A stretch of 64,000 bases of DNA from an uncultured Acidobacteriota bacterium (GTDB lineage: Bacteria; Acidobacteriota; UBA6911; RPQK01; JAPXNP01): assembly GCA_963777605.1 (NCBI GenBank), contig CAVZRV010000007.1:480001-544000 (forward strand), read 5' to 3'. Positions within the stretch are counted from its first letter, which is position 1. Every line of letters begins with the position of its first letter. Below, one piece after another: positions 51,895 through 60,710 of the stretch. The notes under the pieces were generated by a model. The model had not been told where the DNA came from. It saw only the letters and a program-made list of their open reading frames with translations, and ran no database searches. The position numbers and the translations under genes are program-made.

Positions 51895-52060
51895 TATGGA
51901 TGCAGAAAACTTGGACGGACCCCCGGTCCGGGTTTACAGGCCTGTACACTTTTGATCCCCCTACCCCCGGCCGAACCCGCCGTCTTCGAGGTCGGTCTTG
52001 CGGGAATGGCAGCTGCGACACAGGGGCTGCCAGTCTGGTAAAAACAGCTGGGGCAACCCG
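51895..52060 (-). pseudogene. C-terminal remnant of a phage terminase-associated HNH endonuclease followed by a cos-like tract
   Basis: Minus strand 52032-51961 translates WQPLCRSCHSRKTDLEDGGFGRG*. It runs into GGGGGTAGGGGGATCAAAAGTGT...ACCGGGGG...AAGTTTTCTGC, which resembles the sequence between the HNH and small-terminase genes of cos phages. Confidence 0.7.
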
Positions 52061-52067
52061 GCCAGGC

Positions 52068-52532
52068 TCAGGGTTTCGGTGATCGGGTCGGCATCGCGCT
52101 GACTCTGCGTCCTCTGCGGCTCAGCGGTTCAAGAGCTTTCACCGCAAGAGGCGCAAAGGGCGCCGAGGTCACGCAAAGGGACCCTGCGCGGTAACCTCGT
52201 CTTTGAAGCCACTCTTCCTTGGACTTGCGGCACTCGAATTCGGCCTCGGTGATGACATGAGCGGGGCGGGGAGCCCGGGTCCGGATCCAGGGCCGGTTCC
52301 CCCAGCCGCCGTAACTCTTTTTCCGCGGAGCGCCGTAGATCCGGACGCCGGTCAAATACTGCCGCTCCTCGGCAAAGACCGGCGTGTGAATGACCCGCAG
52401 AGTCAATGGATCGCGACTGACCAGGTCCACCTCGCCGTTGACAATCATCCGCAGGGCTTCCTTCTGACGCACGTGCTTCGTGCGCCCGGTCGGCAGGATC
52501 ACGGGAATCATTTCGCTTCGATCGGCAGACAT
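52068..52532 (-). CDS. Hypothetical (probably phage-derived) protein; 3' end runs through a repeat
   Basis: Co-oriented with the HNH, DUF1064 and DnaC-like relics; no recognised family. Confidence 0.45.
   Translation of the reverse strand: MSADRSEMIPVILPTGRTKHVRQKEALRMIVNGEVDLVSRDPLTLRVIHTPVFAEERQYLTGVRIYGAPRKKSYGGWGNRPWIRTRAPRPAHVITEAEFECRKSKEEWLQRRGYRAGSLCVTSAPFAPLAVKALEPLSRRGRRVSAMPTRSPKP
52103..52180. repeat. Imperfect inverted repeat built from 9-mer units (REP-like)
   Basis: CTCTGCGTC-CTCTGCGGC-TCAGCGGT opposite ACCGCAAGAG-GCGCAAAGG-GCGCCGAGG. Confidence 0.55.
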
Positions 52533-52710
52533 GGCTTCGCCCGTCACCCGCCTCAGGGGGACGTTGGCCTCTGTTAGTCTCCACATACAGGGCCGACAAT
52601 CTGAGGAGGATCCTGCGCCAGGACAGGAATATCTCGCACATTCGTAAACCCGCGCGTATTATCTACATGGAACATCCCTCACAGGAAGGTACTGTGAGCC
52701 AAGGAGGGAC

Positions 52711-53770
52711 TTGGCGATGAGGGCCGCGCAGGAGGCCGGGGGAGACCTCGGTGGTGAGTTTACGGGCAGGCACTTTTCTGCCGAGTCTGGCGGTGAAGCG
52801 AAGTCCAACTACCGGCCGAGACTGCTCACCCGCATGCGGGAGGCTCTGCGCTCGCGCCACTACAGCCGCCGCACCGAGCAAACCTACTGCAGCTGGGTCA
52901 AGCGGTTCATCTTCTTCCACAACGTGCGCCACCCGGCAGAAATGGGCGAGCCGGAAATCAACGCTTTCCTGACGTATCTTGCCGTGAAAGGGAAGGTCAG
53001 TGCCTCCACCCAGAACCAGGCGCTTTCGGCGCTGCTGTTTCTCTACCGTCATGTAGATCGGTCGCGAAGTCGGCGATCTGGGCGAACTCATTCGTGCCCG
53101 CAAGCCCAAACGCCTGCCGGTCGTCCTGACACGCGAAGAAGTTAAAGCCGTGCTGGCGAGCCTTTCGGGCGACAAATGGCTGATGGCCTCGTTAATGTAC
53201 GGAGCAGGATTACGCCTGATGGAATGTCTACGCCTGCGGGTTCAGGACCTTGACTTCTCCCGCAATGAGATTCTCGTCCGTGACGGAAAGGGAGCCAAAG
53301 ACCGCATCACGATGCTGCCCGAATCATTAAAGCAGCCGCTGAAAGAACACCTGAAGCAGGTCAAGGCGGTTCACGAGCAAGATCTGGCCGCCGGATGGGG
53401 ACGAGTGCAACTGCCGTTGGCTCTCGACCGCAAGTATCCCAACGCCCCGAAGGAATGGTGTTGGCAATGGCTCTTTCCCCAAGAGCACCGTTGGAAGAAC
53501 CCCAGGACCGGCGAAGAAGGGCGGCATCATGTGGACGAATCACTTGTTCAGAGGGCGGTTCGCAGGGCAGTCACAGAGGCAGGACTGGCGAAGCGGGCCA
53601 GTTGCCACACCTTCAGGCATTCCTTTGCCACCCATTTGCTTGAGAGTGGTTACGATATTCGGACAGTCCAAGAGCTTTTGGGCCACGCCGATGTCAAGAC
53701 CACGATGATCTATACGCACGTCCTCAACCGAGGGCCGTCAGGTGTGTGCAGCCCGTTGGACGGGCTCTGA
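52711..53770 (+). CDS. intI: Integron integrase, split by one apparent +1 insertion at about 53055
   Basis: [25 protein letters not shown] and (restored) [13 protein letters not shown]. Catalytic [24 protein letters not shown] and TTMIYTHV are present, plus the integron-specific insert [10 protein letters not shown]...WQWLFP...RHH. Confidence 0.93.
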
Positions 53771-53914
53771 AAAGGGATTCTTATGCCGATCCGCATAACA
53801 CCCCGGAATAAATGGCCGGTGAGCGAGAAGTCATTGATCCAAAGGAGTTTTATCTTACTTTCGAAAGGAACGACATAAAGCGTCTTATATGGGCAGAAGC
53901 GCAGTTGCTCGGCA

Positions 53915-53946
53915 TCTTATGCGGGTCCCTCTAATAATTGTTAGGC
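53915..53946 (+). other. Putative attI recombination site
   Basis: CCCTCTAATAATTG/TTAGGC: a GTTRRRY core at 53940-53946 with an upstream inverse box, similar to attI1 CCCTAAAACAAAGTTAGGC. It lies 22 nt before the first cassette ATG. Confidence 0.7.
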
Positions 53947-53968
53947 AAACAAGAGAGAGGCTACGAAA

Positions 53969-54229
53969 ATGGGCAAGAGGAAGGTGAATCTCCAGGAAGC
54001 GCGATCTATTGGTGACGGGCTGGGAATCGATTGGAGCAAAGTGGACCAGGAGGAGTTTCGCCGCGGATTAGAGGTCGAGTTCGAGCACGGTTTCCACGAT
54101 CCCGAAACGAACGTGACCAACGACGACCCAGTCCTCACAGGGAAAGTTGCATGGGCGCACCTGAAAGAGATCCGAGATTACTACACACGACTGGATCGCA
54201 TGGAAGCAGAGGCTGAGGCGTCCGCGTAG
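53969..54229 (+). CDS. DUF5661-like small protein (first gene cassette)
   Basis: LGIDW, F..GL.VE.EHG, TNVTNDD...TGK.A.AHL.E..DYYTRL motifs; GAGG RBS; no room for its own promoter. Confidence 0.82.
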   Translation: MGKRKVNLQEARSIGDGLGIDWSKVDQEEFRRGLEVEFEHGFHDPETNVTNDDPVLTGKVAWAHLKEIRDYYTRLDRMEAEAEASA

Positions 54230-54236
54230 CGGTGTT

Positions 54237-54336
54237 GACTAACCCATCCTTCAAGCTGACGGATCACCTGTCATGGCCCTTGCTTATGGAAACCCTTGGC
54301 AAGTCCCATGCCAGGTGCCCGGAGCCGAAGGGAGTC
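54237..54336 (+). other. Degenerate attC site
   Basis: R'' GACTAAC, L'' region CCTTCAAGC, and central palindrome ACCTGTCATGGCCCTTGC...GCAAGTCCCATGCCAGGT. The right arm GCCGAAGGGAGTC lacks the GTT of R'. Confidence 0.68.
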
Positions 54337-54388
54337 GCCCAGAAGCCTCGGATAGAGACTTTGGGGAGCACACCCAAGAGAGGACAAC

Positions 54389-56065
54389 ATGCAGTCAATC
54401 ACCAGTTGTGGCGCGGCGTGGCCAGCGCGCCGGTGTACCTCCCTGAGCCTGATCCTATTCGTGGCGATGGTCGTAGCCATCGGCGCACCGGCGAGTACCG
54501 CCGAACCGGCGCCCTCGCCCGCTTCCCTGCAGGCAGGCATTGACCCGCGGGTCGAGCTGTTCGCGATCATCTACCGGCTCGCGGGATACCTGGACCATGG
54601 CGAGGAGCACGCGACCTCATACTACGAGACGGAGGTGCAAAATCACTTCGGGCGCTACCGGGAGCATCCGGTCGTCGCGCTCGCAACCCGTCTCAAGGAG
54701 GATCGAAACGTAGACTACGGGGTCCAGTTGAGCCTCGCGGTGCACGTGGATGACGCCGCCAACCTGCAGCTGCGAGTGCCGCTCGATCCCTGGCCCGAGA
54801 CGCTGCACGAGCGCTGGACTCCGGAGCTCATTGACGAGTTCCTCGCCCAGGCCCGCGACTTCGCCACGCAAAGCGACTTCGGCGGGTTTGTCGAGAAGCA
54901 GGGGCCCTTCTATGCCGAGACGGTCGCCCGCGCCGAGCGTGCGCTCGAGGCCGGGGTCCACGTCGACTGGTTCGACAGCTTCTTTGGCCCCCAGACCGGT
55001 CGGGAGTTCCGCGTGTTCATCTCGCCTCTTGGCGGGCCGCACGGGTGGTATTCCTTCTGGCTCTCAACGGAGCAGGGGCTCGAGGCGATGAGCGTGATCG
55101 GCTGCGGGAGGTTGGACGACCAAGGCAAGCCGGTGTTCCACCAGGGGGCGCGCGGACTGAGCTGGGCCTCTGGGATCGTCCATGAGCTCTCACACTCCTA
55201 CGTGAACCCGATCTCAGATCCGTACCTCGATCAGCTCGAGGAGCCCGTCAATCGGATGAAGCCCTTCCTAGTGGCGTACTTCGCCAAAGCCTACGGGCAG
55301 GAACACCACTCCGCCCTCGTGAGGGAGTCGCTGGTGAGGGCAGCCGTCATCCGCTACCTCCATGAGCGCCGGGGATTCTTGGCGGGGCGTCGCGTCCTCG
55401 CCGGGGAGTTGAAGCAGGGCGCCTTCTGGATGCCGGAACTGCTGGAGACGCTGGAGCAGTACGAAAGCCAGCGCGACCGTTACCCCGATTTTCAGTCCTA
55501 CATGCCGGAGGTGGTCGAGTTCTTCGAGGTCTACAGCTCGCGGATCAGGGCAAAGGCGGCCGTGGCCAGGGCGTCACTTCCTCTTTATGTTTTGCTGCTC
55601 GTCGTCTACCTCATCGCAGTCTGGCTCCCGTCGCGCCGGTGGCCGACGCCGATGCCCGGGACGAGATGGGATCGGGTTGTCACATTCGGTCTGCTCTACG
55701 CCGTCCTGGGTCCCGCGTTTGAGTTCTTCGCGCTCGGCAACAGACCGGGGCTCCCCTGGCTGATAGCAGGAGCAATGCTCCTCCTGGCGGCCACGCTCAT
55801 AGGGCGTAGCGCCAGGTCAGAAGCAGGAGGGACCGCGCCCTCGGGCCCGCCGGACGAGGCTGTGCGTTCTTGGCCGGCGCGACCTCGGCATGTGCCCGCC
55901 TCTCTAGAGTTGAGCTATCTGCTCGTCCTCGTCGGCGCGCCGGTGATGCTGTCGGCTCGGCTTTCGTGGGTCTTCAGCGTCATCGCGGTAGTGGCGGTGC
56001 TGCTCCAGGCCAGGGCCAACAAAGCGCCTGCCATGGACTCTGATGTGGTTGTCGCGGGCCGATGA
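54389..56065 (+). CDS. DUF4932-like exported gluzincin with C-terminal TM helices
   Basis: Signal peptide; IDPRVELFAIIYRLAG, VHELSHSYVNP and ESLVRA motifs; about four C-terminal hydrophobic segments. Confidence 0.8.
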   Translation: MQSITSCGAAWPARRCTSLSLILFVAMVVAIGAPASTAEPAPSPASLQAGIDPRVELFAIIYRLAGYLDHGEEHATSYYETEVQNHFGRYREHPVVALATRLKEDRNVDYGVQLSLAVHVDDAANLQLRVPLDPWPETLHERWTPELIDEFLAQARDFATQSDFGGFVEKQGPFYAETVARAERALEAGVHVDWFDSFFGPQTGREFRVFISPLGGPHGWYSFWLSTEQGLEAMSVIGCGRLDDQGKPVFHQGARGLSWASGIVHELSHSYVNPISDPYLDQLEEPVNRMKPFLVAYFAKAYGQEHHSALVRESLVRAAVIRYLHERRGFLAGRRVLAGELKQGAFWMPELLETLEQYESQRDRYPDFQSYMPEVVEFFEVYSSRIRAKAAVARASLPLYVLLLVVYLIAVWLPSRRWPTPMPGTRWDRVVTFGLLYAVLGPAFEFFALGNRPGLPWLIAGAMLLLAATLIGRSARSEAGGTAPSGPPDEAVRSWPARPRHVPASLELSYLLVLVGAPVMLSARLSWVFSVIAVVAVLLQARANKAPAMDSDVVVAGR

Positions 56066-56198
56066 GACCGTTCTTAGAGCACTGTACAGAGCACATGAGG
56101 GTTGGGGTCGTGCAGGTAGGAGCCTCCCGAAGGTCGCGAGCCCCCTCGTGCAGCTCCGATTAGAATCGCCAGAGAGGTCAGGTTTTGTATTTTGCATG

Positions 56199-56589
56199 TC
56201 ACGACATAATTAAAGTATGAAATGTGTACTCCGGGAACTGGCTTCGGGCGATCTTGAACTTGAGCAGGCCGTCCTCCCAGATGTGGCCGCCCTTGACCTC
56301 GATGAACTCCTGCCTGCCGTCCGGGTAGAGCACCTTGAAGTCGGGCGTGTACCAGGTCCGGTCCGCGGCGCTCGGTCAGCCGAAACTTCTGGGCCTCGAA
56401 ACGCCAGCTGACGATCTCGCCGGCTTTGCGTTGCGCCTCGAGCCGGTCGGCGAAGGCCCGCTCCGTCTTGTTCATGCGTCCAGGTGACAGGCAAGCCATC
56501 GCCGTTCTGCTCGTCGGCAGCACTTCGGTGGGTGATAGTCGCCTTTCCTGCCAGGCCTTGAATTCGTCCATATTCCGGAATCTCAGCAT
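56199..56589 (-). pseudogene. Phage DUF1064-like PD-(D/E)xK nuclease, +1 frameshift at about 56370
   Basis: MNKTE.AFA..LE....GEI..WRFE..KFRL, then after restoring the frame TWYTPDFKVLYPDG..EFIEVKG..WED...KFK.A...FP. Confidence 0.78.
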
Positions 56590-56596
56590 TTTCTCT

Positions 56597-57180
56597 TCAC
56601 AACTCGATGACTTCGCACATGTCCTTGATCCGGCGCAGTGCCGCCGGCGGGAGGCATTCCATTTCCTGGAGCTCGGGCAAGCCGAAGTTTGACGTCAGCG
56701 ACAATCCGAGATCTCTCCGGTACAGGAGATCCACCAATTCGCAAACCATCTCTCGCCGGAAATCGGTCAGCCGGATCTTGTCGACATCGTCCCAACAGAG
56801 ATGCAGCGACGAGGATGTGGCTGCCTTGTAGAGGATGACGGAAGGCGACCCGAACTCCTCATCGTGCAGCTCGTCCATCAGGGCGTGACTGGACCGTAGC
56901 TCGGGGTCTCTGCAGCCGATCAGTTCCCGGAACTGGGCGATCAAGAGGTGCGTCTTGCCCGATCCGTAGCGCCCGTGAAGGAAAAAGCTGCCGGCTGGAT
57001 TGGCCCGGATCCTCGCCTGGAGCTGCCGCCTGAGTTCGTTCACCTGCCGGCAGGTCATCCAGACCCGGGACGGCCGCTTCGGCTCCAGTTCTCGGCGCTC
57101 GGTCCAGCTGCGTTTCCTTCTCAGGATCAAGCGGCCTTCGACTATGAAGGCGTCGAACTCGGTGCAGGTGATCGTCTCAC
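56597..57180 (-). pseudogene. DnaC/IstB-like phage replication ATPase, 5'-truncated
   Basis: FLHGRYGSGKTHL Walker A, CWDDVDK Walker B, LTSN and RRIKDMC. The frame is open only up to an in-frame TAA at about 57182. Confidence 0.75.
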
Positions 57181-57202
57181 CTTAGGGAATCGTGGAAAAT
57201 GC

Positions 57203-57230
57203 TTGACAATCAAGCGCGGCTCGATAGAAT
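57203..57230 (+). promoter_or_regulatory. Near-consensus sigma70 promoter
   Basis: TTGACA-16 nt-TAGAAT. Confidence 0.7.
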
Positions 57231-57236
57231 AGAAGT

Positions 57237-57330
57237 TGGCCCCAAGTCGTTCAAGGAATACTGGTAACGAGGCTGATCGAAAGGTTAGTTTAGGTTTAAT
57301 GTCAGCCTTTCTAAAGGTCACTTGGGGCCA
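57237..57330 (+). ncRNA. Unrecognised structured RNA (multi-branch, about 94 nt)
   Basis: Perfect 11-bp terminal stem TGGCCCCAAGT/ACTTGGGGCCA starting at the predicted TSS. Internal hairpins include AGGCTGATC-GAAA-GGTTAGTTT. Confidence 0.55.
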
Positions 57331-57746
57331 TTTCCATTCCTGAGCCAACCGTTTCGAATCCTTCCCGCAACGAGTCCCAGATCGGTATTGGCGATCCCGG
57401 TCGTCCTCCGGTGTGCGGGACAAGACCACGAGCTCCCAGGTTCAGCCGATATTCTGTTCGTCGATTCTAAGAGTCGTTCGTAGAGACTATGAACATCTCT
57501 CAAACGGGCGTCACCGTCAGAAACTCCAAAACGTCTATTATCGTCGGCGCCCCTGGAACGCGCCACCGCCAGATCACCTGCCGGGAGACGGGCAAGCCCG
57601 GGTTCCTCTACACCTCCTTCGCAATCCCATCGGCAGCGCTTTACAGCGGGTGTATTCTCGAGTCAATCGTTTCCATAGGCAATGCAGATTGAAGAGGGCT
57701 TCAGAATCGGGGTTTTCGAGTCCAGCCGAATATCGGAGTGTTGACA

Positions 57747-59754
57747 ATGCCAGATACAAATGTAGAAACGGATCTTCGTCTCCCCAACACCGAATTGAAT
57801 ACGCGAATTGCCCTGTTGGAAAAGAAGTTGCTGGAGCAGGAGATGGCCGAGAAGTCGCTGGTGGATTCCGAGAAGCGTTACCGACGGCTCTTTGAATCAG
57901 CCAAGGACGGTATCTTGATTCTAGATGCCGAGACGGGCAAGGTGGATGATGTCAATCCCTTCCTGTTGCGGTTACTTGGCTATTCTTACGAGGAGTTACA
58001 CGGAAAACACATCTGGGAACTCGGTGCATTCAAGGACATTGCCGCGTCCAAGGACGCTTTCAAAACTCTGCAAGGTAATGAATACATCCGTTACGAAGAT
58101 TTGCCGCTGCAAACCCGCGATGGGCGGTCCATCGCCGTGGAGTTTGTCAGCAATGTTTATCTGGTGGACCATAAAAAGGTGATCCAGTGCAACATCCGTG
58201 ATATCACCGCGCGCAAGCAGGCGGAGAAGGCTTTGGCGGATGAGCGAAGCCAAGACGCGCAGCATCCTGGACAACATCGGAATCGGCGTTGCCCTCATCA
58301 GTCCCGAAGATGGAGATTCTCGAACTGAACCACCGGATGCGCGAGTGGTTTCCTGCCATCGATCCGGGTCAACGCCCGTATCTGTTACCGCGCGTTCAAC
58401 GACCCGCCGCGCGAGGCGGCGTGCGACGACTGCCCGACCGCAAAAGACACTGCGGGACGGCCTGGTTCACGAAGCCACGACGCAAACGCCGCAGGCAGGC
58501 GGCGTGCGCAACTACCGCATCGTTTCGTCCCCGATCCTCGACGCGTCGGGCGAGGTTACGGCGGCGATCGAGATGGTCGAGGACATCACCGAAAAGCTCT
58601 CCCTGGAGTCCCAGTTCCAACAGGCCCAGAAAATGGAAGCGGTGGGCCTGCTGGCGGGCGGCGTGGCCCACGATTACAACAATATGCTCAGCGTGATCAT
58701 CGGTTATACGGAACTGGCTATGAGCAAGGTGGACCCGGCGCAGCCGCTGCGTTCTGACCTTGAGCAGATTCTCAAGGCCGCAATGCGTTCCGCGGACATA
58801 ACCCGGCAACTGCTGGCCTTCGCCCGCAAGCAGACAGTTGTTCCCGAGGCACTCGACCTGAACCGGTGCGTGGAGAGCATGCTCACGTTGCTCCGGCGAC
58901 TAATCGGCGAAGACATCGGTCTGGGCTGGGTCCCCGAGGTAGGCCTCTCTCCGATCAAGATGGACCCCGTCCAAGTCGATCAGATCCTGGCCAATCTTTG
59001 TGTAAACGCCAGGGACGCCATTGCCGACGTCGGCAATATCACTATCGAAACGGGAAACGCCGTCTTTGACGAGACCTACTGCGCTGGTCACGCCGGGTTT
59101 GTGGCAGGTGAGTATGTGCTGCTGTCCGTCAGCGACGACGGTTGCGGCATGGACAAGGAGATGGCCGGCCAAATTTTCGAACCCTTTTTCACCAGCAAGA
59201 AGGTCGGCCGAGGAACCGGCCTGGGGCTGTCCACGGTGTATGGCATCGTCAAGCAGAACAACGGATTCATAAACGTCTATAGCGAACCGGGAAAGGGGAC
59301 GACTTTTAGAATCTACCTGCCCCGGTATGGGGGCCCTGTAGTAGATACCCAGCCGGAAAGTGCCGTGGATATCCCTCAAAGCCGTGGCGAGATGGTGTTG
59401 GTGGTGGAAGACGAGCCCTCGCTCATGAGGATGAGTAAGACGATGCTGGAAAAATTGGGATATCGGGTGCTTACCGCAGGCACACCGGGCGAGGCCATTG
59501 GGCTGGCCGAAGAGCACCCGAGCGAGATACAGCTTCTGATCACCGATGTAGTCATGCCGGAAATGAACGGCCGGGAGCTGGCGGAACGGATGCAATCCCG
59601 TTACCCCGGCATGAAAATTCTGTTCATGTCCGGCTATACAGCCGACGTGATCGTCCACCGCGGTGTGCTGGACGAGGGCGTGAACTTCATCAAGAAGCCA
59701 TTCTCGATGAAGGATCTGGCCATCAAAGTGCGGAGTGCGGTGAGAGAAGAGTGA
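57747..59754 (+). CDS. PAS-PAS hybrid sensor histidine kinase/receiver, broken by four apparent +1 insertions (58.2-58.45 kb)
   Basis: PAS (YRRLFESAKDGIL), H-box AGGVAHDYNN, N-box NLCVNARDA, G-boxes DDGCGM and GTGLGL, and receiver LLITDVVMP. Confidence 0.9.
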
Positions 59755-59809
59755 GTGTAACGGCGTGTCCCCGGTTCCCGGGAGTGACGGACCAGGCGGG
59801 CAGACTGAG

Positions 59810-59898
59810 CGATGAACTCTTGCCGCCCGTCCGGATAGAGCACCGTGAAGTCGGGTGTGTACCAGGTTCGATCCGCGGCGTACGTCAGCCGGAACTTT
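59810..59898 (-). pseudogene. Second internal fragment of the DUF1064-like nuclease
   Basis: Translates KFRLTYAADRTWYTPDFTVLYPDGRQEFI; paralogous to 56300-56389. Confidence 0.8.
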
Positions 59899-59931
59899 GG
59901 CGTTCCGGGGAACGGCTACGAGGTTACTTCA

Positions 59932-60206
59932 GGCCTTCTGTCAACTCCAGCCTTGACGGCAACACGAGGCGTGCCATCGACTCCCATGAGGGGAGGCGAA
60001 AACGAGGATTGGCGCTGAAACTCACGTCTTCGCGGCCGTGTCCAGGAAAGTCGAGAGGCAAAAGGTCAATCTGCAAGGCGTGCTTCCTCGGCCTCTTCAA
60101 CTCCAGCCTTGACGGCAACACGGGGCGTGCCATCGACTTCCACGAGGGCGAGGCGATAGACGAGGAGGCGTTGAAACTTCTCATTTGCGCGGCCCTGGCC
60201 CTGAAC
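59932..60206 (+). pseudogene. Two tandem C-terminal fragments of a DUF1801 (YdhG-like) gene
   Basis: NSSLDGNTRRAIDSHEG and GLFNSSLDGNTGRAIDFHEGEAIDEEALK.LI.AA.ALN. Direct repeat 59941-59992 / 60097-60148 with 3 mismatches. Confidence 0.72.
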
Positions 60207-60709
60207 AATGTCGAGAGGAATCTGACCTGGACCATGCAGCGATCGATAAGGTCACCATCGCGGCTTTTCGGACCCTTGCCATCAGCAACAACACGGAGCA
60301 GTTCATCATTCGTGCCTTGCGTACCGCCGGCGCGTTGAGCCTCTCTCTCGTGGCCGAGTTCGAGGGACGCGTGGTGGGCCACATCGCGTTCTCCCCTGTG
60401 TCGATCTCAGACGGTAGCCGGGACTGGTACGGACTCGGCCCGGTTTCGGTGTCACCGGAGTATCATCGACAGGGCATCGGCATAGCGTTGATCCGGGAAG
60501 GGCTATCCCGGCTCCGAAAGATGGGAGCCCGGGGGTGCTGCCTGGTGGGAGACCCGAACTACTACCGCCGATTTGGATTCCATCAAGTCGCCGGATTGGT
60601 GCACGAAGGTGTGCCGGAGGAGGTCTTCCTGGCCCTGACCCTGGACGGGGCTGAAGCGCAGGGAACGGTCCAGTTCCACGAGAGCTTCCGGGCGACCGGC
60701 GAAGAGTAG
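60185..60709 (+). CDS. GNAT N-acetyltransferase (YhbS-like); native start unclear or lost
   Basis: EQFII.ALR, LSLVAE..G.VVGHIAFSPV, LGPVSV.P...RQGIG and LVGDPNYYRRFGF motifs. Confidence 0.85.
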   Translation: MRGPGPEQCREESDLDHAAIDKVTIAAFRTLAISNNTEQFIIRALRTAGALSLSLVAEFEGRVVGHIAFSPVSISDGSRDWYGLGPVSVSPEYHRQGIGIALIREGLSRLRKMGARGCCLVGDPNYYRRFGFHQVAGLVHEGVPEEVFLALTLDGAEAQGTVQFHESFRATGEE

Positions 60710-60710
60710 T

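Larger units (their letters stand above)
52711..56065 (+). mobile_element. Integron with inverted architecture (intI -> attI -> cassettes, all co-directional)
   Basis: intI, a downstream attI-like core, one ORF followed by an attC-like palindrome, then a second ORF. Confidence 0.78.

Noticed and set aside
56011-56060. GGCCAAC-AAAGCG as an attC R'' at the end of the DUF4932 gene
   Set aside because: No complementary right arm or GTTRRRY at a suitable distance.
56074-56198. C-terminal part of the 171-aa ORF 56074-56589
   Set aside because: Out-of-frame read-through after the +1 shift; the real nuclease frame ends at 56199.
59941-60148. Near-identical repeat pair considered as DGR template/variable repeats
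   Set aside because: The mismatches are not adenine-specific and there is no reverse transcriptase in the window. The same applies to the DUF1064 pair.
59751-60338. 195-aa ORF following the kinase
   Set aside because: A chimeric read-through of unrelated fragments (antisense DUF1064 piece and DUF1801 pieces), not a coherent gene.
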